Below are positions 44,651 to 62,389 of a DNA stretch of 64,000 nt, in pieces (positions within the stretch are counted from its first letter, which is position 1; each line of letters starts with the position of its first letter). Source of the DNA: the human T2T-CHM13v2.0 reference genome, Homo sapiens; assembly GCF_009914755.1 (NCBI RefSeq), contig NC_060928.1; one strand, written 5' to 3'. The notes under the pieces were generated by a model. That model was given only the letters and a program-made list of their open reading frames with translations, did no database searches and was not told where the DNA came from. Made by a program: the position numbers and the translations under genes.

Positions 44651-45075
44651 ATTTTTCCAAGTGTGATATACATCCTATAGGTGATAGATGATTTTCTGGT
44701 GATATAGATATTCTAATGTAATAATTATAACATACACACACCAGCACACCAAAATCATCATTTCACAGGTCTGATTGCTTAGGGTGTGGCTAGGTAAGAA
44801 GCATATATAACCCACATTAAAGACTATTTTAATACAATGTTAAATGTGTGATAGAGATGGCATCAGTGGACTAGAGAGGGGGAACGACCATCACCAGGAA
44901 TCCCTGAAGGAATGTGTATGAAAGTGGGCCCTGCCCACTTTGGTTGAAGTCTTCCACCCTGGTTGACTTTGGACAAAGGAAACCAGGCAGATCCAGGTTG
45001 GATGGGAAGGCTGGCTCTCCCTGAGACCTGAAGCCAGGGGCCCTGTGAAGAGTCCCTGTTAATTTCATCTTGCGC

Positions 45076-45094
45076 TGCTGCCCTCTGGTGGTCA
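45076..45094 (-). promoter_or_regulatory. CTCF binding motif
   Basis: Reverse complement TGACCACCAGAGGGCAGCA, close to consensus, inside a local CpG-retaining patch. Confidence 0.7.
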
Positions 45095-45663
45095 CGCGCT
45101 GTTCCCAGTGTCTTGAGAGCAAGTCAAAGCCGAGCCAGTGCGATTTAGAGCGTGAGCGCGACCCTGTCTGGCCCTTCTCCCACTTCTTTGTTTCCCTGCT
45201 TTCAGGGACTTTCCGAGTCCCATCAATCCCACCACCTTGGCCTATCCTCCCCCAAGTGTCACTTCCTCCTGCAGCCTAGTCGCAACTCCCCTTCCCCCAA
45301 ACTCCTTACTAATCAGCAGAGGATGCTCTGGTTCTCAGGTGTGAACAACAAATGAGCTTAGTTTACTGAGGGGACATTTGTTTTAAAAGAGAAACCAGTT
45401 TAACAAAACAAAAACTCAAGTCAGCAGGAAGTGAAGTGGCTATATTTTTGAAATGAGGGTCTTTCCTTGTCTCCCAAGCTTCCTCTACAGAATGGAACCT
45501 GCTCTTTAAGCAGGCAGCCACATCCCGGGAATGAAATCCTTCAAAGGGAATGAATTGCCTTTCTTCCCAGCCAATTCTACAAGAAACTTTCAAATAGTTT
45601 CACTTTCTGTGTTCGAACATAATACTTATAACTGAGAACCCCAAATATAAGTGGTTTTTGTTA

Positions 45664-46690
<1,027 letters not shown>

Positions 46691-47055
46691 CGATGGCTGG
46701 CGTTGTGAAAGATGTTCAGACCCAAGAAGGATCAGATCCCAGAACTAAAAAGAAGCTCTAGCATTTCCCTCCTGTCATCGAGGAAATGCTGCTGGAACAA
46801 TGGCTAATACTCTAAGCCTCGGCCGGGACGCGGAGATTGTAGTCTGGCTCTGCCTCTCGCCACTGTCATGGCCTTGAGAGAGTTACCTAACATTCCAGAG
46901 CTCAGTTTCTCTCAGATGAGGTTACTTCCTGCTCTACAATGATGACTATATATACTTGTCATGGCATCAGGCAGTTAAATAGACAATGAATGTATTTTTT
47001 CTTCCTTTCAATCGTGAACATTTAATGTTGTGAATAATTAAGAATACACATAACT

Positions 47056-47344
47056 GGCTGGGCGAGGTGGCTCATGCCTGTAATCCCAGCACTTTGGGAG
47101 GCCGGGCGGGGGTGGATTACAAGGTCAGGAGATAGAGACCATCCTGGCTAACACGGTGAAACCCCATCTCTACTAAAAATACAAAAAAATTAGGAGGGTG
47201 TGGTGGCAGGCACCTGTAGTCCCAGCTACTCGGGAGGCTGAGGCAGGAGAATTGCTTAAATCTGGAGGTTGCAGTGAGCTGAGATTGCACCACTTCACTC
47301 CAGCCTGGGCAACAAGAGTGAAACTCCATCTCAAAAAAAAAAAA
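47056..47344 (+). mobile_element. AluY/Sc-like
   Basis: GAGACCATCCTGGCTAACACGG. Confidence 0.9.
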
Positions 47345-48327
47345 GGAATATAGATAACCAATTTCTGGCCCCCAGTTATCCTTTTAACCTTGCAAAACTC
47401 CTTCCTTTTGGCTAGAAGTGAAGTCTTTGGCTGGGAGATCCACTTTATGTTCCTATTGAGCTTTGGAAGCAGAAGGTCTGAAGGAACCGACAAAGACCCT
47501 CACAGTTGTGAAGTCTCTGTTTATACCGAGCAGTAGCGGCTGCCTTCGCCCGTCTCAAACTGCGGGGACAGGAAGCATATGGAGCCAGTTGATAAAGAGG
47601 GTATCAGCTGTGAGCACACTAATCTCGAGGAAATGGGGATCCCAAAGGCACCTGGATTAGCCACAGACCAAAGGAGCCCTCTTACAATTCCTTTCAGTTG
47701 CTAAGACACGCTATGTTTGAAAAAACACCCCCCAACCACACCCAAGAAAGAAAAACATAACCTGCAATTGCTCAATTCCTTACAGATAGCCAGCAAACCC
47801 TAGCATCTGGGCCTTAATAAAGAGCTAAACTGCAAACAGAAAAGCTACTTTGTCTGCTTCTTGCGGCCAGAGAGCGAACCTGTGTGCTAGTTGGTCACCA
47901 TGGCTACAAGATGTGACTTTTCTAGTTCTGTGTGATAGAGTGGCTGAGCAGGGTGGTGGCAGGAAGAGGACAAATCAAACATCCAACTAGGAAATGGGGC
48001 ACTGGGTGGCACATCTCCATCCCAAGCTGAGCCTTGCTCTTGTTTTGACAGAGACTCCCTGGAGACTGGCCTTGTGACGAGGAGGACAGGTACTCCTGGT
48101 TGCAGCATCTGGGGTACCATCTTCCCTCTTCCTAGGATGACTTTCAGCTTCAGGCAGACCAAGCCTGAATCAAAGGAGAAGGGATCCAGAAAGTTACGTG
48201 ATCTGATTTTAAAGCAAGGACACAGGAGCCAGTGTGAAGGGGCTACCCCTGGGCAAATCGGACACAATTTGAGCACCAAAGTAATTAAGGACAGCAATGG
48301 GATGTGAACTATTGAAAAATAGGAATC

Positions 48328-48637
<310 letters not shown>

Positions 48638-49279
48638 CTAACTGGTAAATGTGCAGGGTGAGCTGGAGTTAGAAAATCATCATTTGCCACCATCCAAGTG
48701 AAAGCTGGCTCAGGCAAGGATCATTAATAGTTGCTAAATTTAAGTGGAAATTCTGATGAGGAGCAGGATATTTGCATGATTTTTAAAGTACCTATTCACA
48801 GATTGCTTATTGGTTACAAGAGAAAAAATAGTAATTCTACAGTGGAGAAGTCAAACAACACGTTGATTGGGTGATCAAAATTTATGTCACCAGTAAGGGG
48901 CAGATGGACCTTGTGTGCTTCCAGATGTGATGCTCCAAAAAGGACACAGTATCACCTATTTAATGTGCTGTCCAGGAATGCATAACCTGAATTTAATGAT
49001 GGGAAACATCAAAAAACCCCAAATGAGAAAATTCTATTTAAAAATAGAAAAGAGGGGACTAGTATTCTCCAAAAATGATAGTATTGTAAAAGACAAAGAA
49101 AGGCAGTGTAAAATCTTCCAAATTAAAGTAGACAACAGTTGCGGCAGCTAAATACGGTATGTAACCCTGATCTTAGACTGTATTCTATACTAAAAGGGAA
49201 AAAATGATATATAAGACATCATTGGGTCAACCAGAAAATGAGAAAACAGATGGTAGGCTAGATAAAACTACTATATCAA

Positions 49280-49574
49280 TTTTTTTTTTTTAAATATAGA
49301 GTCTCTCTCTGTTGCCTAGGCTGGAGTGCAGTGGCACGATCACCGCTCACTCCAACCTCCACCTCCTGGATTCAAGCGATTCTCTTGCCTCAGCCTCCCG
49401 AGTAGCTAGGATTATAGGCATGTGCCACCACGCCCAGCTAATTTTTGTATTTTTAAAAGAGAGGGGATTTCACCCTGCTAGCCAGGCTGGTCTTGAACTC
49501 CTGACCTCAAGTGATCCACCCGCCTTGGCCTCCCAAAGTGCTGGGAGTACAGGCATGAGCCACTACACCCGGCC
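49280..49574 (-). mobile_element. AluS
   Basis: TSD TATCAAT. Confidence 0.93.
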
Positions 49575-49899
49575 TTATCAATGTTACATTTACTGAGGTT
49601 TGTAACTGAACTATGGTTATGGAAGAGAATATTCTTAAGAAATACACACTGAAATGTTTAGGAGTAAAGGGCCGTGAAATATTAGTATTTAGAGAGGAGA
49701 CAGAGAGAGAGAGCTGGGTAGGTAGATAAAAGACATGCAAAATGCTAACTATAGGTGGCTATGGTGTAAGGGAACAGGCTATTTTTTGTAGTATTTTTAT
49801 TCTTGTAACTTTCTGTAAGTTTAAATCTTTTCCTAATAAAAAATAATTAAAAAGAATACAACTCTTAAAGGACACACACATGCTGCTGTGATGCACAGA

Positions 49900-50220
49900 C
49901 CATGGAGGGGAAGGGCAGGAACCGGCCACATGGTCAGGCTGTCATTTCAGTATTTCAGGCGAGAGAAGATGGTGGCTTAGACCAGGACAGTGATAGGAAA
50001 AGGGACACGGGGCATTTGGGTTCTGGATATGTCTTGAAGGTACAGCTATTAGGATTTTTTGATTAATTCCATGTGGAGTTGAGAGAAAGGGAAGGGGCAA
50101 TGGAGAGCCCCAAGTTTTCTGGCCCGAGCAACTGGAGCCTGGAGTTGTCAGTAACTGGGATGAAGTGGAGGGAAATGCAGATTTGAAGTGGGAGATTGAG
50201 AGTCCGCTTTTGGATATGGG
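49900..50220 (-). mobile_element. L2 fragment
   Basis: CAGGCGAGAGAAGATGGTGGCTTAGACCAGG..TCTGGCCCGAGCAACTGG..TTTTGGATATG. Confidence 0.7.
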
Positions 50221-50239
50221 CCTGGGTAAGTGGATTCAG

Positions 50240-51106
50240 GGAACATATTATTTAATTTTAATTAAACTAAAGTGCATAAAATGGATACTTAGCTTTAAAA
50301 GATTTCTACAAAGTAACCACAAATCAAAGATAAACTGAATACTGTAAGTGAAGGTGAATTTCCAAAATACTGCATTTTTGGTTGGTGAGATTGTAAGATT
50401 GGTGAACAATACTCTTCTTTGTTTAGATCTATGTATATTTGTGAGGAGTCTCTTCCTGCGACGACAACCTTACATTGACAATTAAAATATGCTGAATTTA
50501 AAATCAGACCTCAGAGTAACTGTAATACAAGATGGTAAACCAATATTTTAAAATATAATGAAGCATATTCAGTACATTGTGCTTGTCAAAAAGAGCAAAA
50601 TTCTTTTATTATATTGTATACAATTGTTATTATATAAATAAATAATTTAATATATTTATTTCATCTTTAATTCAAAATGGATATTCACTAAGATATCCTT
50701 TTTGGTGTCTGTCCTGTGAGATGAACAATAATTTAGTCATGTCACTTAACGATGTGGACATTTTGTGAGAAATGCATTGTTAGGTGATTTCATCATCATG
50801 TGGACATCATAAAGTGTACTTACGCAAACCTAAATGGTATAGCCTTTGCTCCTAGGCTATCAACTTGTACAGTATGTGATCTTACTGAATATTGTAGGCA
50901 GTTATAACACAATGGTTACACAGTATATGGGATCACAGTATATGTGGCCACTTCGCGTTGACTGAAATGTTTTGTAGCACGTGACTCTATTTTATAAAGT
51001 CATATATATGTATGTAATCTATAAATTTAAAAAATACATAAATAGGGGAGCATGCTCAAAATTTGAATCAGTAAATGGAGAGATCAGAAAAGTTTGGAGA
51101 CCTCTG
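50240..51106. mobile_element. Charlie2-like hAT fragment
   Basis: AT-rich tract ending ATGCTCAAAA..GATCAGAAAAGTTTGGAGACCTCTG. Confidence 0.5.
50734..50988. mobile_element. Tigger3a-like element nested in Charlie
   Basis: AGTCATGTCACTTAACGA..GAGAAATGC..GTGTACTTAC..GCTCCTAGGCTA..GTTGACTGAAATG..GTGACT. Confidence 0.75.
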
Positions 51107-51274
51107 GGTTAGAATATAACACTAATTCCAGCCAGATAAGGCAGTTACCTTTGCCATCATCTGTTCCCTTCCAGTAAAGGTGTGGTGTGGATGGAACAGT
51201 ATAGATTCAGACCCATTGCTAGGGACCCCAGCTCACTGCATATGTGTCCAGTGCATTAAGAGGTTTTGTCTAGG

Positions 51275-52020
51275 GCAAATAAGTGATAATACATCATCTA
51301 ATGGAATATTCTGCAAATTCTAAAAAGAATGGATCAATTTGAATTGATATGGAAAGATGTCTGAGATACAATAAGTCAAAAAAGCAAGTGATAGAACAAT
51401 GTACAGTGTCAAATAGACAAATCATACACATGTGCTGTGTATTCACAGAAACAGGGGCTACCTGTAGAGAGTGGAGAAGGAAATTTGTTTTTAATGTACT
51501 GTTTAATAAAAAAAAACATAAACATGTATTTGTTCAATATTTAAAAAGTTTTGAAATGTTTATCCTCTTTGAAACTCCTTTTATGATGTTATCCTGGAGA
51601 AATAAAGATATAATAACTATTTTGTATTAAGTTGATCATTGTGACATTATAATGGTGAAAAATTAGAAATAACCTAAACATCTAGCATTTAGAGAATGAT
51701 TAATATTGGGAAAATGAACTGTAATATAATGCGGTCTTTTAAAAATCAAGTTTCTGAAAATTTCACCAGATGGAGAAATACTGACAATATGCTAATTAAA
51801 TTCACTATTAATCTTGATGTAAAATCTGTGTTAATCTCCATGATGTTAAAAATGCATAGAAAAATAAAAAGCCTAGAAGAAAATATTCCCAAATGACAAC
51901 AGAAGTTGCCTCTGGTAGTGAGATTACAGGAGATTCTTTATTTTCTGAACCTTTGTATTTTCATATTCTTTTCACTTTTTTTCTGCAGTAAGCATGCATT
52001 ATTTTGTAATGTGAAAGAAA
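51275..52020 (+). mobile_element. Degenerate L1ME 3' fragments
   Basis: AATGGAATATTCTGCA..AAAAAGAATG..ATGGAAAGATGT; TTGCCTCTGG..TGAGATTACAGG. Confidence 0.5.
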
Positions 52021-52421
52021 AAGAAAGTAAAATACTGAGAAAATTATGACGTGCATTCCTGGCATGAGTCAGGAGCTGAATTTTCATGTTTAAATTAGTT
52101 TCAGAAACACAGGAGTGGTTTCTAGGCAACCTGCTTGGGAAATTATGTTCATTTCCATTGTTGCTGGAGTGTGCGTGAGTGTCTGAAAGAAAATGTAAGA
52201 GACGAACCTTTGCAAAAGCAGACTCCTGCTAAGGAAAAATAAGCTTTGCCACCCAGTTTTGGTCATGGGGACTTGAGTTACTGTGACCTCAGAGGCCCCT
52301 AGGGGCCTGATCATTTTTTTTCTTTCTTTTTTCCTCCATCTTTTCTTTTCTTTTCTTTCTTCCTTCCTTTTTCTTGCTTGCTTTTTTTTTTTTCAAATGA
52401 GTGATTGATTTTAATGAGGAT

Positions 52422-52451
52422 TGCTATAGGATGCTATAGGATGCTATAGGA
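52422..52451. repeat. (TGCTATAGGA)x3 tandem repeat
   Basis: Three perfect 10-mers. Confidence 0.9.
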
Positions 52452-52950
52452 ATGTCTAATGTACAGTACATTAGACATTCAAGCCTCTGCATAAGGTGTG
52501 GGAAACTGAGAGGGGAGAGAGAATCAAGCAAAAACCCCCACTCTGTGCCTCTGCTGAGAATCCAGGGCTGTAATTGAGGCCGTTGCAAGGCTTTACAAGA
52601 CGGATTGTAGCTCAGGATGTGAAAAGATTGCCTCATCATCATGTGAGTCATTTACCATTATTATAGACAATCCTGCTGTGCCAAAGGGCTTTTAATCAGA
52701 AGGAAACACTGAAAAATGGAATCAGGGCTAAGAAACGCTTGGCCCAGCCTGATGGGCTGTGGAGGATGGTCTGAGTTAAGAATATTTTTTAGCCTCAAGG
52801 GAGATGCGTTCTTCACTAAGCGTTTGCAGAAGGTGCAGAAGGTATTGTTCTCAGCCCACGGTGTGTGTTTTGTTGACCTTGACTGCGTTTTTCAGCAAGA
52901 AGGAAAGGCTATTTGCCTGATAAATGGAATCGGAGCTCAGCGTCTCGCTC

Positions 52951-52969
52951 CTAGGCCCCCTAGTGGTTG
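52951..52969 (-). promoter_or_regulatory. CTCF binding motif
   Basis: Reverse complement CAACCACTAGGGGGCCTAG with neighbouring retained CpGs. Confidence 0.55.
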
Positions 52970-53287
52970 TCTTTTGCAATTAAAAAAATGAAGTGACGTG
53001 AGGTCAACAGCAGGCTCTTTGGGTAACGATCGCAGGTGACTAGAGTGTGCTGCCTTTGACGCTGGCTCCCCCAGACTTCATCAAAGCTCAGGGGAGAAGC
53101 CTTGAAAATCAGGAGCTCCAGAGGGACAGACGCATTTCCTCACAGAACGCGGGACAGGAAGGCAGGAACCTTCCGTTGTGGATGGTGAAGAGCTTGTTCT
53201 GTCTTCAAACTTCTGAACCAATGTCCTGCATTCCATGTATGTGGCTCATGGTTCTGACCACTGCTGCTTTAAAATGACAGACCCCTG

Positions 53288-53679
<392 letters not shown>

Positions 53680-54181
53680 GACAGACCCCTGGAAGGTAAA
53701 TGAAGAGAGGGACCAACAGTGACTGCCCCTCCTTCTCTGGCAGCTCTTGAGGGCAGGCCCTTCTCTTTTCATCTTGTACTCCAGGGCTTATCAAAAGGGC
53801 TTAGTATAAGTAGACTCCACAGATGCTTGTGGTCTGAATGATATGTGGAGCCCAGTGGGGTAGATAATATTATTCCTTTCACCCATGAGGAAACTGAGGT
53901 GCAAAGAAGATTTTTTAAAAATGCCTGAGATCTCTCACTAATAAATGACAGAACAGAAACTCCAGTCCCAAATCCCAAAGGCTTTTTTTCTACCAAGATG
54001 CACCCCCACGCCTCCACCATGCACTCCATCTTGCTGGTCCAGTCCGTCAAGTGAGAGCCTCGTTTTTGGTCTCTGCCTCCTATGGATCAGTCCACCCTGG
54101 AGGCACAACCTTCTTTCCCTTCTCTGAACTTCTGGTTCAGACCTCTCATTTGGCAGCGAGTCACGCCTTTAAGGAATAGTT

Positions 54182-54800
<619 letters not shown>

Positions 54801-54908
54801 TTATTTAACTTTTATTGTTATTCAGCTTTTCTTAGAAATTTGTCTTTTTCCTCTAAATATTCCATAATCACCTTGAAGGATGAGATGATGTGTAGTTAAT
54901 TCTTGTGA

Positions 54909-55325
<417 letters not shown>

Positions 55326-55504
55326 GGAAGTGGTTTTAATATTTATCTTAAAACATGTATTCTCATCAAAAAGGTGATCCACTCCCCTCTGCTGAGGGGC
55401 TTACAACCTAAGTTAAGTTAAATACAGTTCTCTTTTCTCCAGAAGCTTAACTCTTGAGCTTGTACTTATCTTACTTATCTTGGCTATTACTACACTGGAT
55501 TTAG

Positions 55505-55843
<339 letters not shown>

Positions 55844-56199
55844 TAGGTCCTTCCATTTTGACTGGAATCTGTCAGCTCCCAAACACAGCACATCTGTTCC
55901 GCAACGGGGATCCACTCTGACAAGCTGGGTCACAGTGGGGCTAGTTTCTCTGCCAGGCGCATTTACATCCAAGGTTGTTTCATCTTGCTCTTAAGGCTGC
56001 CCTTTAGGGAGCCATGCTTGGCACAGGTGTGTGCACATTAAGGTTAAGACACTCAGCTGCCACCATCCTCTCACCGCGGACACCAGAAGCGTCACTGCCC
56101 AGGGAAGGCCAGCCAAGACTGCCTGGGGAATTGTGGCATGGGAGGAGGGTGACTGCCAATCAAGAGATCTCTGTCAGGCCTGGCTCTCACCACTACAAT

Positions 56200-57450
56200 C
56201 ATGTATTTCATGAGCATTTATTGGACACCTCTTGTATATCAAATACTGGGGATACCAAGACAAATGGAGCATCTGAGAGATGCTCAGTCTGGCCGGGGAG
56301 ACAATAGGTAAACAGTTGAGTAACGGGATGGGCACTGTGATAGAAGTATGTACCAGAAACCACAAGAACATAGGAGAGGAAGCACGGAATTCTGCCTGGG
56401 AGGTTGGAAAGGGCTTTCTCGATTAGGTGATTTTCAAGATGAGACTTGAAAGAGAAGCTGTTCACTGGTTGGGCATGGAGGGGACAACTATTCCAGGCTG
56501 AGGGACAACATGGAAACAGCATGGAGGCCCGAGAGAGTGCAGCAAATCACCTTGCTATTAGAGCTATGTGGGGCCGGGTGCGGTGGCTCATGCCTGTAAT
56601 CCCAGCACTTTGGGAGGCCTAGGTGGGCAGATCACCTGAGGTCAGGAGTTTGAGACTAGCCTGGCCAACATAGGGAAACCCCGTCTCTACTGAAAATACA
56701 AAAATTAGCCAGGTGTGGTGATGCATGCCTGTAATCCCAGCTACTCAGGAGGATGAGGCAGGAGAATCACTTGAACCCGGGAAGTGGAGGTTGCAGTGAG
56801 CCGAGATCGTGCCACTGTACGCCAGCTTGGGCGACAGAGCCAGACTCCGTCTTAAATAAATAAATAAATAAATAAATAGAGGGGAAAAAAAGAAAAGAAA
56901 AGAGAAAAAAAGCTATGTGGGATGGCAGGCGATGCACCTGGTGAGGAAGGCAGGACAGAGAGTTTGAAGGGTCTCCTATGCCATGATTTAGAGCAGGGCC
57001 TTCATCCTGTGGGTGATGGGGGACATGGGAGGATTTCATACAGGCAGGGGAGTGTAACATGGTCAGAGTCCAAAACATTGAAGTAACAGCAGTGTGAGTG
57101 GGGACTAGAGGAAAAGGAGACTGAAGGAAGAAGGAACAGCCCCAAGATGGTTTTCAATAGTCCAGGAAATACTACCTTGTAGGGGTTTGGGGTGATAAGA
57201 GGGATGGCGTGGGCTTAGCAGACAGGATTGATGGAGCCTGGTAGCAGATGGGATGTAGTAGTATGTGAGGGGAATCTGGGACAACTCCCAGTATCTGGCA
57301 TGGGGGACTGGGAAATGGTGACTTTCTTCATCAAAACCAGGAACCCATGGCAGGCCAGGGGAAGATAGTGAGTTCCACTTGACCACATCTGAAATGCTAT
57401 GGAATCTCCAAGCAGAGCTGTCCAGGAAGTGGTTGGTATGTGAGAGTCTG
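56200..57450 (-). mobile_element. L2 3' portion interrupted by Alu
   Basis: CATTTATTGGACACCT..CTGGGGATAC..GAGACTTGAA..TTCCAGGC..TCTGGCATGGGGACTGG. Confidence 0.7.
56572..56878 (+). mobile_element. AluS
   Basis: TSD AGCTATGTGG. Confidence 0.95.
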
Positions 57451-57944
57451 AGCTTTGGGTAGATACTGGTTTTGGATGTAAAAAGGCTGGATCAGGTTTC
57501 TCTCTCTATAGACATTCAATAAACATTGTTTTGAGTAGCTAATTAAGAATTACAGGGCACTGGGAAAACAGAAGGATGTTGCAATGTAAATGTGGATGCT
57601 CTTACAGTAATGGACTGATGGTTGCAGAAAAGCTCAAGCTAAATAACACTAATTTTTCAGCTATAAATAAACCTGCCTCTGCAGTTGGGGTTTTCAATTA
57701 CGCAGGAAAAAGAAATGCAGCCATGGAAACGAGGAAGAGAGCTACGCAGAGGGCAGCTCGTGCCTGCAGGGCAAAAATGTTAGCACATTCTAGCCAAAAT
57801 GGATGGTGAAGTATAGTCTGATCCGGTGGAAAAGAAATGCAAGTCTAATGTCCTGGGTTCAAGTATGAGTTGAGCGTCTGTCACAGAGTATCAGACATGA
57901 AGCAAATGTTTGCTCTCTACTTTTAGAGATGTCGTCAGTGTTGT

Positions 57945-58165
57945 AAGCTTTTTATGTGTATCACCTCATTCAATCCTCAGAACAACCTCATGACAGAGTC
58001 TTTGTTCTGCCCCCTTTAGAGATGAGTAAACTGAACACAGAGAGTTTAAACAACTTTCCCCAGGCCACCAGCTAAAACGTGGCAATTCGATGATTTGAAC
58101 CCAGACAGCCTGAACCCAGAATCCTTTCAGGGACTCTTCACTACTCCTAACTATGCTATGCTGCC
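57945..58165 (-). mobile_element. MIR
   Basis: CTCATTCAATCCTCAGAACAACC..AGATGAGTAAACTGA..GATTTGAACCCAG. Confidence 0.8.
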
Positions 58166-58479
58166 TTTCCATGCAAAAAGCTAGGAAATATCACTTTGCA
58201 CAGCCTTCATTTTCTTATCAGTCCATGGATTTTTGTAAAGAGCAAGGGGCATAATTTATATTAAGGCCTAAATGACAGATGTATATTTTCATTGTGTTTT
58301 CTATGATTGGCTCTTCAAGGGAGTAGTGTTTAAAGTTTTGCCCCAAATGTTCTTTTCAAGGAGAGCTCTGGGAGGTCCCATAATTCTGTGACTTTGCGTT
58401 TGCAGAACACAGCAGATGACCTGAGCAGCATTCAATCAGTGATCACTGTTTATTGAACTCAGTGTCACAATAATGTTCA

Positions 58480-58620
58480 TGGACTCACAAGTAAGAAAGA
58501 CCTCGGTTCTATCCCAGCACTGCAACTTGGACATGCTACTTAAAACTCTCCAAGCCTGCCTTCTGTAAATGGGATAATACCAGCAACCTTTGCAGAGGTA
58601 TAAAGATTACCATGGTAAAC
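58480..58620 (+). mobile_element. MIR fragment
   Basis: AGACCTCGGTTCTATCCCAGCACTG..CTGTAAATGGGATAATA. Confidence 0.6.
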
Positions 58621-59071
58621 TGTTTCCATGGTCACAGAATTCACAATCCAAGATAAAAGAGTCATTAAGCACACAGACACACAAATAGGCAAGCAAAGGT
58701 TGGAGAAGCACATTCTAGGAGAAAGGAACTGCAGAAATCTTGCGTTGGCAGGAACTTGACACGTTTGATATACTACAAGGTCGGCAAGACCTTCTCATAA
58801 ATTTGTGAAGCAATTAGCATTCTTTTAGTCAACAGTCAGCATTTCTCTATGTGTGTAGTATATTTATAACTAATAAAGTAAAACTTATGCTTTTAAGAAA
58901 ATATTTTTTCCCAAACATTTAAGTGTTAATTGCATGCCTAAATTAAGTTCGTTTTTTTGGTTTTTTGCTTGATTAAAATTACAACACAAATCCATTGGAT
59001 CTTAAATACCTTAAAAGCCTTTAAAAACTGGCAAAACATACTAGTTATCACAAAGATTACAGAAATTATGA

Positions 59072-59499
<428 letters not shown>

Positions 59500-59627
59500 T
59501 AAATTTTTCAAAATCAGCTTCCCTATCCCAGTTCAGCCATTATTATATATTGATTTGATCTGTTGGTGTGATTGATAATTTAGGTATGTTTTATCAATAT
59601 CTCATTATAATTATATGATCATCTAAA

Positions 59628-59770
59628 CCTTGCTACTCAATGTGTGGTCCATGGGCCAGCAGCATCTATATCACGTGGGATGCAGAATCTCAGCCTCAGT
59701 CAGGCCTCCTGACTCAGAATCTGCATTTGAACGAAACCTCCTGTGATCTGATGGCCATTTAAAGCCCAGA
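59628..59770. mobile_element. MER5A-like hAT element
   Basis: CTACTCAATGTGTGGTCCATGGGCCAGCAGCATC..ATGCAGAATCTCAG..TCAGAATCTGCATTT. Confidence 0.75.
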
Positions 59771-60540
59771 TGACTCATAGAAAGGATGCAGCTACCTAGA
59801 TATGAGGGATGGAGCCTGTGGCTGGCAATCCTCTTCAGGACATGCAACTAATTTGGCATCATGGAACCCACTATTACTCCCTCTTTTCTTATAGTTTGAG
59901 GTTTCATTATAACTGCTAAGATTTTCTTCTACCTTGACCAAGAGAAGAAGGCTTGGGACTGAATCCTGAGAAATCCAACATTGAGGGAAGAAGCAGATGA
60001 GGAGGAATTGCGTAGGAAGTTAAGAGAAAAGCTGGAGTTTTCCTGCCGTGGAAACCCAGAGAAATGACTGTACTAAAATAAGTAGTGAGCACCTCACTGT
60101 GAACATTAGCCATGTTCCTATTGGGATTGTTATGAGTAGCAATTTTAAAATGAAGAACAAATGCTATCTTAGACGGGCTAGAGAAGCTCATGGAGTCTCA
60201 TCACAGAGGTCTCTCCCAAGAGTCATTTTCCCGGACCTTTGGAAGAAGGATCGATGGTCCCCCACGGTGTTGAACGAAGTGCTTATTTGCAGAATTAACT
60301 CACAAAAATGTTAAATTCAGAGGAAATGGTCTGTTCACTGAAGTGTTACATTTTCTTCTGAGGGGTGAGGTGAGGATGTGAAGGGAAAGGATGACAACAA
60401 GCCGAGGTAAACTTACTTTGAAAGAATAGTACAACCTTCCCACTACTTTGTTTTCTGGGCCTCCCATAGCACTTCATGCACTGATTTTTTTTAAACATAA
60501 ACAAAAGGTTTAAATATTGTTTTCAAAATTCCCTACCCAT

Positions 60541-60909
<369 letters not shown>

Positions 60910-61625
60910 TTAGTTCCTGGAATACTCTATTTTGATCTTGCAGAATTATACTCCGTTAGAAATTAATCCAGATAAGATACGAGAAAACAATAAAGCAGGA
61001 ACATTCTAGAAAGTGTATTGATTAGGACAACTTGACTCTAATAATCTATTTCTTAGCTTAAATCTGTTAATAGATTTGATTATCATAAGCACTTGGCTAT
61101 TAGCCAGAAATCCTGGATAAATGGACGGATCACTGTAAATTTGGTATTTGAAGCTGTTATATTTCAAGCTGTTTTTTTTTTCTTTGTATGTGCTGTCTCT
61201 TTAGAGCTGGTTAAAAACAGCAGATTTCACATATGACGTTATCTGCAGTGCCCTGTGCAGAGGCCTGCAGGGAGTTTACAGAGACACCTGGTGGCTGAGA
61301 AGGTGAAGTACCTTGGCTTTGTCAGAAGATAAAGGATTTGAATTGTGTCTAAATTTGGTTTCTTTTTGTGGCTGAGAATTTCACTCCTTTCTTAATTATT
61401 TTAGTAGAATTGCACATTTAAAAAAATAGACTTTGATTTTTAAAGATTATTTTTAGAGCTTTCACTCTTTCTTTCTGAAAAAAATCATCAACCAGGTGAA
61501 TTGACCAGTTCCATCAGCTGGGCTGAATCTCATCAGGGCCAGGACCAGAGTGAGGCAGGAGAGGCACTTGCTTCCAGTGCACATTTAAGGGGGAGCCAAA
61601 AATATTAGTAATGAATATAGATAAA

Positions 61626-61933
<308 letters not shown>

Positions 61934-61949
61934 TAATACAATATTTCTA

Positions 61950-62349
<400 letters not shown>

Positions 62350-62389
62350 TTAGTATTGCCAATATTCTCTCTCTCTTTTTTTTTTTCAG

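Noticed and set aside
45065-45165. CpG-island promoter
   Set aside because: The patch is only ~100 bp, far below island size; better explained by CTCF occupancy
61205-61302. Possible 98-nt exon after a T-rich tract
   Set aside because: The donor AAG|GTGAAG is weak and there is no supporting context
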